A stretch of DNA of 39,398 nucleotides, from NCBI GenBank assembly GCA_003990765.1, contig RBNJ01000144.1, forward strand, positions 1 to 39,398, given 5' to 3'. A model generated the notes under the pieces. It ran no database searches and was not told the origin of the DNA. It worked only from the letters and a program-made list of their open reading frames with translations. The stretch's first letter is position 1. Each line of letters opens with the position of its first letter. Origin of the DNA: Jimgerdemannia flammicorona. Lineage: Eukaryota. This document shows, in pieces, positions 23,991 to 35,224 of the stretch. Both the position numbers and the translations under genes were made by a program.

Positions 23991-25103
23991 GTATAAAGGA
24001 AATTCCAAAGAAATTTCTAAAGAATAGTTATATCTTTGATAAAATAAGTATAAATATTCTTAAACATTATATAAATAACTCTCTATAATATGAGTAATTA
24101 GCAATAATACTGAGAGTAAACTAAGAATAAGATTACTATAGTCATTCTTATAGTTATTAAATACCAATAGACCTCTATTGAACCACTCTCTATCAATATA
24201 TAAATCTCTAAAGACCTATATCTAAATAAAGCCCAATAATATCTTAAAGAAATACAATCTTCCAAGTCTTTCACTACTAATAAGAACTAAAGAAATACTA
24301 TAAAATAGACTGAATTATCTGCTAATAGATAACTCTCAGTGAAGCTAAGCAATTATCCTACCTGTTTATCAATAACTATGTATATCTATATTATTACAAA
24401 AAGACTATATGTCCTTTTCTATATCTAGTCTCAAGTCCTTGACCACCTTTATGAAATATTTTCTAAAAATATTATCAACTTAACTGATGAGTATTAGAGT
24501 AATATTACCTTTCAAGTAGTTTAGTATACAGTCCTTTAGTTTGACAAATATCTAAAGTTTAGTATAGAATTAAATAAGTAAATTCAGATAAAGAAAGAAA
24601 GGATATAATAGTTTATTATATAACAACAAGCCTCTGGAAATTATAACAGAATTTCTAATGAAATTTACAATGAAAGTTCCAATAAAAATTATAATATAAT
24701 TTCTAACATAGTAGTTATAGATAATATATATAGTATAACTATATATAGATATATCTAATATATTATATTTAGCCATAGTTCTAAATCTGTATAAATATTC
24801 TCTATACTGAGTATATTGTAATCTTAGCTCTATTTTCTCTCTCTTAAGAATAAAGAAGTATTAATAATTCTAAGTCTGATCAACTTAGAATATATATATA
24901 AGCACAGTACCTATCTAACATAAGAACTTGAAAGTAATACTTAGACTATACCTCCATAACAGACAGAAGGAACTTAGCACTTTCTCACAGAACTCAGAAC
25001 TTAGAGCTAATAGTCATCTCTGATTATCTACAATATATTAATTCTATCAGTATATAGTTTTATTATAGTATAATTATTTAAAATTTTTCAGAAGTATTTA
25101 TAT

Positions 25104-25178
25104 AAGTTGTTTAAACTTAAGTTGTTTAAACTTAAGTTGCTCAAACTTGGGTTACTCAAACTTGAGTTGTTTAAACTT
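25104..25178. repeat. 15-bp quasi-palindromic tandem repeat (AAGTTGTTTAAACTT) x5
   Basis: Direct inspection. Confidence 0.85.
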
Positions 25179-25597
25179 GAGATATATGTGAAATTCAAAG
25201 TTAACTTATAAAAGAAGATGAGTTCATAGATAATATTAATACAATCTTAGTATTATTAAAGTTGTTAAATTTTTAATAAACTGAAAATTCAGAAGATGCT
25301 AATTAAATAGACTTATTGCTATCTCAATTTTGGTATATATTATATAAGTATACTATATATCTTGCAGATATATTAAGTTAAGCCTGAGATAGATTTGTAT
25401 TTTAGACTGCAGTGTGAGTAAGCAAACTTCATATTTGGAGGTAGAAGTATGCAATATTTTGAATTCGTGAATTTTAATAGATATCAGGTTTAATTGTGAT
25501 GTGTCTCCTTATGGCATACATTGTGCCATTATGTACATGCATGGTTAATGATAGTTATTCGGAAATCCCATGGTACTCCCTGCGACGATATTCGATA

Positions 25598-26032
25598 CTA
25601 AACCTGTTGACCCTTCCTCTTTTGTAACAGAAGCATTGCACATCCACCAATATGTTCCCACGTGACGGTCCAGTCGCACCGTAAGAACCCCTCCGCACCG
25701 CATCCTTGGCAACACTTCCTCACTGCGCTGCAATACTCGAAGATGTCATGCCTTCCTGGGTTGCGGCGAATGGCCAGAGTGCCCTCGTGGCACACACGAC
25801 AAATCTTTTGTCTGGTACATGTTGGGTGGAAGCACGCGGCGAGGAACTGAACGTGAAGATCGTTGGCGTACCAGTAGAGGGATTCCCCGCACCAGCACAG
25901 ATGAAGGGAATGTGGAAGATACCATGGGCAGTCGTCAACGTCACAGAAAAATCTGCCTCCGCAGCTTGGGTTGGCGCATCTCTGCGCGTGCAGGCAGGGG
26001 GGAATGTGCGAGTTTACAATTCTCGGTGCCAT
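25598..26032 (-). CDS. Cys/His-rich small hypothetical protein (144 aa), possibly zinc-binding
   Basis: ATG in AAACATGG context; GC-rich island; 17 Cys with CX4C (x3) and CX2C (x2) spacing. Confidence 0.5.
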   Translation of the reverse strand: MAPRIVNSHIPPCLHAQRCANPSCGGRFFCDVDDCPWYLPHSLHLCWCGESLYWYANDLHVQFLAACFHPTCTRQKICRVCHEGTLAIRRNPGRHDIFEYCSAVRKCCQGCGAEGFLRCDWTVTWEHIGGCAMLLLQKRKGQQV

Positions 26033-26433
26033 GTTTTATAGTGACGGATGGGTTTGAAAAAGGCGTCAGGATGACGAAAGAGAGTGCCTGAGATGGGCCT
26101 GATGACGATGGAGATTTATGCGATTTCTTGACCCACCGAATTTCCCCTTTAATTTTCAGAATCCCGAAGCGGCCAGCGAAAGGGGATATTCCTGATCTGA
26201 AGCCTTGTATCCACCCAAAGGATTGTTATGGGCGGCATAGCGAGTACATGGCTGCCCGAATATCCATCCGAGTATATACATTCGTCAGGAAATACAACCT
26301 TTTAAACGGTGATTGTAATGTTTTATTCAGATCGTGGTCTGCAGCTCGATCAACCTTTCCGTCACTGCTACACATTTACATTGGCACATTACTGGCTGAC
26401 TTCGTTATATTGTTGATATTGGATTCTTTAAAG

Positions 26434-26474
<41 letters not shown>

Positions 26475-27629
26475 CGAATATGCCGAGTGAATTTGAAATA
26501 CAGAACGAGGGTTGGAGGCTTCGGGAGTGTCAAATGTTTTGGGAACTCTGTTAAAATATCGATGGTGAGGTATATTGTCTGAACAAGCAGAAAATGTGCA
26601 TGCTCTCTCCTGAAAGGAGGCCATCGGAGGAAAGGGGTGGCGGTCAAATAGTAATTGCAGTTTAGTGCGTGCTCCGCAGATATCAGGGCAGAACCACATA
26701 TCATGTTCATGCAGCACGCTCTTCTGTGGTTCCGCGGCCGGCGTCAACCACCTAACAGCCCTGTCCAATCTACGAGTTTGAACGACGAATGAACGCGATT
26801 CTATTTCAAAAGCCATTCCATTCCATTCCTTTTAGAATCTGAAAAAGAGTTACGAAACTTCGGCTGTTGGTTTTTGACACGCCGATGGTATGTATTTGCG
26901 ATATCAAAATCTGTTAAAGGAGTAAGGGAATCCTAAACATTTCTGACGGCTCCTTGTGTTCCGTTGATATAGCATAACAAGCGTGAAGGATACAAAACGA
27001 GTGGGCGGTCCATGTTTCCACGCTTGCCTTGTAAATATTATTACGCAATATAATTATACAACGATGGTTATTTTCGGCACGAGCAAATGGATAAAATGGA
27101 CGTAAGTTTTCCGGTTACATCATTTAACACAGACTTTGCAAAACACATCTTCACGCAGCCCCGTGTGACAGCGATCCTGTTTCCTAATCATAATTCCGAG
27201 TGAATGGACAAACAGCCTGGTGAATTTACGACGCCTGGCAATCAAATTCAATTGTTTGTCCAAGATTGATTACCTATAGAAACATTATCGTTTTAGAATA
27301 AAGTTTAATAAAGATGGAAAGCCTAAAAAATAAAATAAAATAAAATAAAATAAAATAACCCCCCCCCCTATTTAAGCCTCCAGATCAACGACAAATGTAT
27401 CTTCACCATTTCGTATTCATAATTTTCAAAGCTTTATTATTTGATTTTGTGACTAGGTAGACAGAATTCGAGTATTTCAGCAATCTGAACTATTTAGTTC
27501 GAGCAAGCTTTCGTCTTATTTTCACCTCCCTTGGCTTTGCTGCCGCCATTCCGCTGCTCATGGTATTACTCCTTTCCCCTGAGGGTAGTATTCTTTTCCT
27601 CGATAGTAATACACTTAAACAAGGGGGAG

Positions 27630-28010
27630 AAACGATGACATTGAAATCGGCGCCGGACGCGAGAGGGATCTGTGTTGAGGCATTACCCCGCCCAAGGAAC
27701 GAAGTGAAAATATTGACATTGAAATCGGCATCAGGCGCGATAGAGGTGCATAACCCCGCCTAGGAAGGGGGAGGAACGAAGTGAAAATATTGACATTGAA
27801 ATCGGCATCAGACACGATAGGGGTCTGTTTTGAGGCATAACCCCGCCCAGGGATGGGAAGGAACGGAGTGAAGACCAAGATATTGAAATCGGAGTTAGAC
27901 ACCATAGGGGACTGTGTTGAGGCATGAACGAGAAGGAACGAATAGAAGACCGAGATATTGAAATCGGAGTTAGACGCCATAGTCTCTGTTGAGGTAATAA
28001 TCCCTCTTCC
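27630..28010 (-). repeat. Five degenerate 75-87-bp tandem units overlapping and following the stop codon of the secreted protein
   Basis: Core TTGAAATCGG at 27641, 27719, 27796, 27883 and 27958. Confidence 0.9.
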
Positions 28011-28902
28011 GAAATCCGGCGGACATGTTCGAGATGCAGTAAACGCCGGTGAGACAGGGGACAAGGCCCCCGTGATGTCCGGGGTAGCCGTGATGTCCGG
28101 GGTAGCCGTGATGTCCGGGGTAGCCGTGATGTCCGGGGAAGCCGTGATGTCCGGGGTAGCCGTGATGTCTGGGGTAGCTGTGATGTTTAGGGTAGCCGTG
28201 ATGTTTAGGGTAGCCGTGATGTTTGGGGTAGCCGTGATGGTGATGTTCGTGGTAGCCGTGATGTTCGGGGTAGTCGTGATGTCCGGGGTAGCCGTGATGT
28301 TCGGGGTAGTCGTGATGTCCGGGGTAGCCGTGATGTTCGGGGTAGTCGTGATGTCCGGGGTAGCCGTGATGTTCGGGGTAGCCGTGATGTCCGGGATAGC
28401 CATAGTAATATGCGTTGTTGGGATCGTAATTCTCCTTGTTACGTTTTACATACATTTTCTGAATGGCTTTGTCGTTGATAGGTGGTGACTCGTCTGTTGT
28501 CGGATAATCATTGGGTTTGTACTGCTGATAGACTTTTGTAGGTTGGTAGGTCTCGGTGGGCTGGTAAACCTGGGTGATGTAGGTAGGCTGGTAGCCTTGG
28601 GTGCTGTAGGTGGGCTGACTGTCCTGGGTGCTGTAGGTGGGCTGGTTGTCCTGGGTGCTGTAGGTGGGCTGGTTGTCCTGGGTGCTGTAGGTGGGCTGGT
28701 TGTCCTGGGTGCTGTAAGTGGGTTGGTAGTCCAGGGTGGTATAGGTGGGCTCGATTTGAGTGCTGTGAGTGGGCTGATCGGACGGATAGTGAATTTCTTG
28801 GGGTTCTTCATGGCGTCGGGTAGGCACGACACCAGCACGAGGGGCGGCGGCGGCTTGAACCGCTAGGATCGCGGCAAATATTGAAAGAATTATTTTAGCC
28901 AT
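27970..28902 (-). CDS. Secreted repeat protein (310 aa): signal peptide, QPTYSTQDN repeats, dibasic-flanked His/Tyr-rich (GYPxHH)18 domain
   Basis: MAKIILSIFAAILAVQAAAAP signal peptide; AAAAATGG start context; TATA ~100 bp upstream; YVKR and FRKR sites. Confidence 0.85.
   Translation of the reverse strand: MAKIILSIFAAILAVQAAAAPRAGVVPTRRHEEPQEIHYPSDQPTHSTQIEPTYTTLDYQPTYSTQDNQPTYSTQDNQPTYSTQDNQPTYSTQDSQPTYSTQGYQPTYITQVYQPTETYQPTKVYQQYKPNDYPTTDESPPINDKAIQKMYVKRNKENYDPNNAYYYGYPGHHGYPEHHGYPGHHDYPEHHGYPGHHDYPEHHGYPGHHDYPEHHGYHEHHHHGYPKHHGYPKHHGYPKHHSYPRHHGYPGHHGFPGHHGYPGHHGYPGHHGYPGHHGGLVPCLTGVYCISNMSAGFRKRDYYLNRDYGV
28072..28401 (-). repeat. 18-bp coding minisatellite, 18 units
   Basis: GGCTACCCCGGACATCAC variants; the only indel is 6 bp, in frame. 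Confidence 0.95.
28528..28776 (-). repeat. 27-bp coding minisatellite (QPTYSTQDN)
   Basis: ~8 nonamer units plus 2 shorter units. Confidence 0.9.
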
Positions 28903-29003
28903 TTTTTTTGCCTACTTAAGTAAAAGCAGTGAGCTTGTGGGAGTTGTCTTGGTGTATTTGACGTGTACTTGACAAGGAATCAGAGAAGTATTGCCGGGGT
29001 CGC

Positions 29004-29011
29004 TTTATATA
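29004..29011 (-). promoter_or_regulatory. TATA box (TATATAAA) of the secreted-protein gene
   Basis: TTTATATA on the + strand, ~100 bp upstream of the ATG at 28902. Confidence 0.6.
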
Positions 29012-29761
29012 CCTTATACCTCGGGTAATTGGGAGGCCTGATCCTTAGCGTTACAGGTTTGTAACATATGAGCTGTCTAGGGGTGATGGGCCCCTATGTG
29101 TTTTGGCAAAACATTTAGGGGTAAAATGACAATCATTCTTGTTGCAAATCCAATAACGAATGTCATCGCCATACAACCCTTTGTAGTTGCAACAGTGAAT
29201 TAGTCCGTGACATCAATAGGACAGAATGCTGTCTATATGGGATTTTACCACTCCAAACGACAGATACAGGCATCCACCGGTTCGACGACGACGACGAGGC
29301 CATGCCAGTCAAACTAACGACGAATATATGTTGGAAATACGGCTGCATTTTGCGTACAGCCTAAACGCAGTATGCCAGAGTATTTATTTCGAAGTGACGC
29401 TGTAAAAAGAAAGTTGTAATTGGATGTTATGAAAAAGACGAAAGCATTCATGGTCCAACATAGCATTCGCGGACTGAAACAGAAATATGGCATGTATGGG
29501 TTTCTAGTTGGAGATTGACTTGGTACCAATGTTTAATTCTGTGGTGATGCTAAATCGTGCTGGTAACATTTTGACAATAAAAACCTGTTATTCAGAACAA
29601 AAGCTAAACTGGCCAAAGATAGCTGACTCATTTCCACCAAGTATATGCGGGAGGGACGACGCGCGTTCCCCCTTCGCGCCCGCGGGGCACCTGAACTACG
29701 CAAGCGTATGGAGCACACCACCATGGATTATTGCAACGCGCCAGTGCAGTTTATGAGTAGT

Positions 29762-29957
29762 TAAGGCTCCGAACGAATACGGATATAAACGAATCGATCC
29801 ACGGATATCAGATTCAATTCAATCCCGATCATCGGTTTTCATATCAGAGGTTTCGATTCGGTTCGGATCGATTCGATTGAAAGGCTACAACCGAAATATT
29901 CGGATCATTTGGATCCATCGAATCGAATCTAATCGAATTGATCCGTTCGGAACCATA
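29762..29957. mobile_element. 196-bp hAT-like MITE, CpG intact
   Basis: 17-bp TIRs TAAGGCTCCGAACGAAT / ATCCGTTCGGAACCATA (3 mismatches); 8-bp flanks TGAGTAGT/TTTGTAGT (6/8); many TCGGAT/TCGAAT subterminal motifs. Confidence 0.75.
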
Positions 29958-30122
29958 TTTGTAGTGAGGTTTCTTAGAGAACGGTCAAGACTTGCTTGCT
30001 TCGCAGTAGCTGGCCGGTATGCCATCAGGTGATTTGCTGCGACGAACGGGTTGGTTCCGTCGGCCTTGGGATTGGCAAATTAGGATATATCGCTCAGGGC
30101 ACCCATGAAGTTGAGACTAGCC

Positions 30123-32010
30123 TTGCTTATCGGCGCTCACAACATTGTTTTAGATAATGGCGACATGTGGAAAAAGCATCGTAAAATAGCCAGCCCAGTA
30201 CGTCTCATATTGAAAATCTTGAAATTCGAAGATGGTTTACCCTCCCTTCGTATTACTCCCTAGATTTACTCATCTTGCGATGTGCTGGTGGCTCTTTTAA
30301 CATTCCATCGTTCCATGCCGGTCAAACTGTTTGGTACCCTCACGCAAAAATTCTTCAAACAGATCGAGAAGAAAGGCAATCATATTGACGTTAAGGAATA
30401 CATGCATCGGTATGTAATTTTTATCACTTACAGGCATATACAATGTGTAATTTCTTCTTGAAGGATACATACTCGTATGCTCACATATGTATGTCTCTCG
30501 TCTTTGCGCAGGTTTACTCTCGATGCGATTGGTCTTGCTGGATTTGAGTTCAATTTCCATGTAAGTCTAACCATCACAGTCACTTCCGATGGCCCATGCT
30601 TAATACTTTCCAAACGCTACACCTCTAACTCGGTACATTCCCCCAGTTGATTGACGATGCCGACAGCAGGTGGGCCTCAACCTATAACCAGGTGCAAGAA
30701 GGCGCTAGCTCCGTGTTGCTCGCCATATTCTCCCGTCTGGACATTTACTTCCTGTGGGCACTTCCACGGAGGCGCGAGCTTCACCAAAAGATGACGTATA
30801 TATATAGTTGAATGAACTGTTCAAAAGGGTGATTGAAGCCAAAAAAAAAAAAAAAAAAAAAACCGCGCCGTTCTGCAGGAGGGGTACGCGAGAGGGCGAG
30901 GCGGAGAAAGACTTGCTGACAATGGTGGTTGAGGCTAACGCCATGGAAAACGATGAACGATTGAGTGATGGCGAGTTAAGAGTACTTTTTTTTTTGCAGG
31001 GTATGCATACTCAAAATTAGTTGAGAAGCTAATGGCACTGAACCTTTTCCCCTTTTATAGAATAATCTTGCTGTGTTCGTCGCAGGTATATATGTTGAGC
31101 TATTGTGCAATTAGAAAGAAAACATAATACTAAAAAGATATAAGTACGCTCCTAATATTGATTACTTATTTACACCTTTCAGGCCACACACAACTGCCAG
31201 CGCGTTGACGTCTGCCATTTACTATCTCGCCGTACAGAAGGTGATTGATAAGCATTCAAAGCAAGCTGCTAGCTTTGGTTTTCGTACTCGAACAATATAA
31301 TTAGACACCTTCTGGGACTAAAGATGTTCTCTCGGTTTGCTATTTAATTGAGGGCTGTCAAGAAAAGGCTCGCGAAGAGGCTATTGATGTCCTTGGAGAC
31401 GCGCCTCAGGACATCCTTCCTGATGTTGAGCAGACCAAACAGCTCAAGTATATTAACCAAATAATGAAGGAGATAACAAAACACATTCTAGAATCCGACT
31501 GGCCATTGACTATATTCCCACTTTAAGACTGAAAATGGGTTCGCTCTCTTCACAGACACTCCGCCTCAACCATCCGACGGGCGGTGTTGTTAACCGCGAA
31601 ACGACGGAAGACGTGAACTTGGGCACATATTACATCCCTAATGGCAGCAACGTCACGATCGACATATTCGCCATGCACCACAACCCACGAAACTGGTCGG
31701 ACCCACCCCGAGCGATTCGCCGAGGGTGGCGAGAGTGAGTCTAAGATGGGCCTAGGCAACGGCGCGAGCTACGCCTGGATCCCGTTCAGTAATGGCCCGA
31801 GTCAGTGCATCGGAATAACTTTTAGCTGAGGGTCGTGACAATGCTTCGTAAATTTTGGTGGCAACTTACAGGAACCCAGCCATCATCCACAAGCAATTTC
31901 TCACCAGCTTATATTCTTTCCCGTAATCTTTCCCTCTTCTGCCAGTCCGTAAATACGAATGGTCCCTCCCCGCGGACTCTATCCACAAAGGCGGGCTTAG
32001 GCTCACTAAA
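30123..32010 (+). pseudogene. Multi-exon cytochrome P450 pseudogene, CYP509-like (Mucoromycota type)
   Basis: Motifs NGDMWKKHRKIASP/FHRSMPVKLFG, FTLDAIGLAGF, AGH(D)TT, KE/TLR, PERF, FSNGPSQCIG (31785-31814). Lesions: no N-terminus visible, TAG at 30805, 1-bp deletion in the I-helix (~31187), GT>AT donor at 31473, deletion before PERF, R>S in the heme motif, premature TGA at 31827. Family assignment is from recall. Confidence 0.9.
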
Positions 32011-32516
32011 TCAAGCAAATAATATACATTATGGAAGATAAGGGGTTCTAAACCTGTGTCTCCGGATGAAATTTAATAATGACGTCAAAGTAGAAGCGAT
32101 GGAGAGTGCGAATGTGATTTTGTTCATTGGACTGGGAACCTAGTGGTCATGTGCGCAAGGATATGATGGGCTTCGTATGCGTCATCGATATTCCGACTTG
32201 CTGCGATGCACCATTCCTAATTACATGTCGGAGATATCGGCGAAGGCACCAAGGTTACAAGGTTAGGGAGGAAATTTGTGAAACATCGACGGCTCACCAA
32301 ACACATATACGCATGTCAATCCAACCGCGGCTGAGGGACGCAGTCACATGGAGAGAAGCTAATCACCAATACCGTATACCTTTTCCCTCCCGTTCCAGTC
32401 TCGTGTGTGGGGAAAATCCCCAATGCCTTTCACGCCAAAATAACTAAGCCTATCGCGGATTTTCCGTTTGTTCGTCTATCCTAGATCGGACAACCATTGT
32501 ATTGAAACGAGGAATC

Positions 32517-32769
32517 AAGACTGCCAACAGCAACCCCACAGAGCATTTCCCTAGGGGCACAGGGACACAACGGCGCAGGAACAACAATGGAGTCCAAAAA
32601 ATCCGCCTATCCGTAACACAAGTCAAGGGCCATCTCCCTTATCGGTGGGAGAAACGAGGCGCTGCGTTCCGATACCGTGGTGAGTGGAATGTCTATATTT
32701 CTGCAATACAAAACCCTACTTGCAGATGTGATTAAAGTTCTCACAAACTTTATCGGATTTTTGGTAGTG
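32517..32769. mobile_element. ~250-bp dispersed repeat ending in a CACTA-like terminus
   Basis: Inverted homologue of 35590-35857; ends GGATTTTTGGTAGTG (reverse complement CACTACCAAAAATCC). Confidence 0.5.
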
Positions 32770-33574
32770 CCCATTAATCAGTAACAGCTAGAAACCTTTT
32801 CGCTCCAAGCCCGAGCCCGACCCCTTAGATCTTTGGAATTTTACGTATCGACCATGCACGTATATGCATCGGGGGCAATCCTAGCCTGGAAGCCTCTCCG
32901 TCCGTCGGGTAATAAGTGAAAAAAGCAATAGGCCGAACCCACCTTTCCTCCAAATTTGCGTTCCTAGGAGACACCAAACCGAACTTAACCACACTCACTG
33001 TGTACATAGAAACCTAGAAGCGAGCATCTAATCGATAGGCTCGCACCCAAAATATAAACTCTGTAAGCGAACCTGTCAAATGGCCAAACTCGACCCGACC
33101 CGACCCGACCAGACCCGACCCAATCTTATATAATACATTATATATTATAACTCCACAAGGACACATTTGTCATGAATGTACATAAACTCAATCGAACCGA
33201 CTTGCTGAGGAACCTAACGAGTCAAAAATTGGAGAAATCAGATGTGTTCCCGGATTCAACAAGCGGAAACCAGATATGCTTTCGGGGATTATGGTGTAAG
33301 ATCGGGTTTAGTGTCGGGGCCTCTAGCCGTATATATATATCCAGAATATCGGACGTCTATATTAACTATATTAAGCAGTGCCGCGCATTTGATCAGGTTG
33401 TCCACGTTGCCCACATGACTAGGACCCAAACTCTACTTCACAATAATCGCGTGGCACGTCGGAGTTAGTATCGACAGAAACTACATTGAACATAAGTTGT
33501 ATGTCTTCTGCTACTAGGTATTTAAACAGCCCACAATTTTTCGAACCTCAAACGGTGCTTTCAATGTTAATCTA

Positions 33575-34081
33575 ATGCCTCGACTGCTCACACACACGTC
33601 CATTCCGACCCTGGATCTTGAAAATTGGGAGCAAGAGCCCGTGGATTCGATCAACCTTCTGTATCACCAAGAACTGACAATCGCAACATTGATCAGCACC
33701 CTCGGCCACGACTCTCATTTCTCAACCGAAGTATCTCAAACACCATCCTGGTCAGCACCATTCTTCGTCTTTTTTGACGTGCTCCCAGTGACCGAGTCCG
33801 TCCAAATCACCGATCACAGCTTGCTTCATGAGACCGTAGACGCTTCGGTGGCCTACCACGACGACGACCTCCTCGCCTTCTTTAGGACAAATGAGTGGGC
33901 CGATCTCGAGCGCCTCGTTGACAACCACACTGATATTAGCCAGTTCGATGACGAAGTCAGAAACGTTGTCGAACGGTATCCGAACGTGCAACGCATGCAG
34001 GTCATTATTGGACAAAATGGTTTCGTGCTGCTTCTGTTGTTTCCTATCGATATTGTACAGATCAATGTTGTTTTCCCTTAA
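33575..34081 (+). CDS. Hypothetical protein, paralogue A (168 aa)
   Basis: Intact ORF; synonymous differences versus paralogue C; TATTTAAA at ~33519. Confidence 0.8.
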   Translation: MPRLLTHTSIPTLDLENWEQEPVDSINLLYHQELTIATLISTLGHDSHFSTEVSQTPSWSAPFFVFFDVLPVTESVQITDHSLLHETVDASVAYHDDDLLAFFRTNEWADLERLVDNHTDISQFDDEVRNVVERYPNVQRMQVIIGQNGFVLLLLFPIDIVQINVVFP

Positions 34082-34143
34082 TGCTCTGCGTTGCAACCAC
34101 GCTGAGCGCACTTGAAACCTAGACATGATCAAAGTGACCTTTT

Positions 34144-34201
<58 letters not shown>

Positions 34202-35146
34202 CTTCCTTGCGTATGCTTAAATTTGACGTTCTTACGCCCAAAAATAATCTATATTTCAGTAACTTAAATATTTTACGTATAACAATCCGTTTACGTATGC
34301 ATGAATTACATCTCTCCATACTGCAAGTTTCCTTTTTATATTGTTCCAAAACGTAGCGCCAGTGGAGATAATACATATTTGATTGCTTGCTATATAAATT
34401 TTTAATTCACAATGTCAAAATATGAGGATTTTCTTGAAGCTCGTGTTGCGCAGCCAATCCTTTTTATCTGGAAGCCCGAACTCTTAAACCCTAATAACAA
34501 CACTTATTCTTTGCGGATCAAGATTATCATCTTTGTGGAACCAGATTATCATCCTTGCACATACTTTAATATCCGACGTCTGCACCGTTCACAAAGCATG
34601 CCAAATCCGTCTCGCCGTGGATACGCCACCTATTTTTTTGTAGGCGTTGATTTCTCGTTACGATCGGGTCCTCATCGGGTCACCCGATTTTTAACCTCCA
34701 AACTGCGCAAACAAACCTGCATCACAAAATCCTGGTACCAGATGTGCCTTACATTTAAGTACATGTACACCAAGTATGTGTATGTGACGTGGGATTTGTG
34801 GGTGATGTGTAAGCACCAGGGGTTTATTGTGTTTTGTCCTTCAACACAACGGGTCACCCAAACTGGGCAACTTAATTGTACAAATTATTCCCAAATGACG
34901 GTAAGTATCAGACGACGGATCCATATGCTGGTCATGGCATATTTTTCACGTGGCAAACACCTTTCTGACCTCCCCATACTAAGATTTCTACCCACATGAC
35001 CTTTCCTACGGGTCATGCGGTCATGTGTCCATGCAAGCCCTTTTCCTCTCACGAACCAAACTATGCTACACTTTCGGCTACGCCGCGCAAGAGTGCCAGA
35101 AGGCTGTAAGTATGCTCTTCAACATTTCCGTCATACAAAGGTACAA

Positions 35147-35224
35147 AACTGGAACGGTTCGACCCCGCGCGGTTCGCTGAGGGCGACGAGAAGAGGCAGT
35201 GCATGCATGAATTTCAGCTTGTCT
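35147..35224 (+). pseudogene. Small cytochrome P450 relic
   Basis: NW..RFDPARFAEGDE then RQCM/MNFSLS: PERF and heme-loop remnants homologous to 31690-31825. Confidence 0.7.

Noticed and set aside
26376-26816. 146-aa minus-strand ORF
   Set aside because: Runs through a poly(T) tract giving poly-Lys; no motif. It could hide an exon but is unsupported
27630-28010. CRISPR-like array (TTGAAATCGG cores at ~80-bp period)
   Set aside because: The would-be spacers are homologous to each other, so this is a tandem duplication
28433-28454. GTATGT donor-like site in the secreted gene
   Set aside because: The nearest AGs give 19-22-nt introns, too short; the unspliced frame is open and supplies the KR site
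27958-28866. Plus-strand (AVMSGV)n and (GAVGGLVVL)n ORFs
   Set aside because: Antisense readings of the minisatellites; signal peptide, TATA and start context are all on the minus strand
34412-34999. 195-aa ORF
   Set aside because: No recognisable motif or paralogue, and composition looks non-coding
35156-35166. GGTTCGACCCC tRNA B-box-like motif
   Set aside because: No cloverleaf or A-box; explained as codons RFDP of the P450 relic
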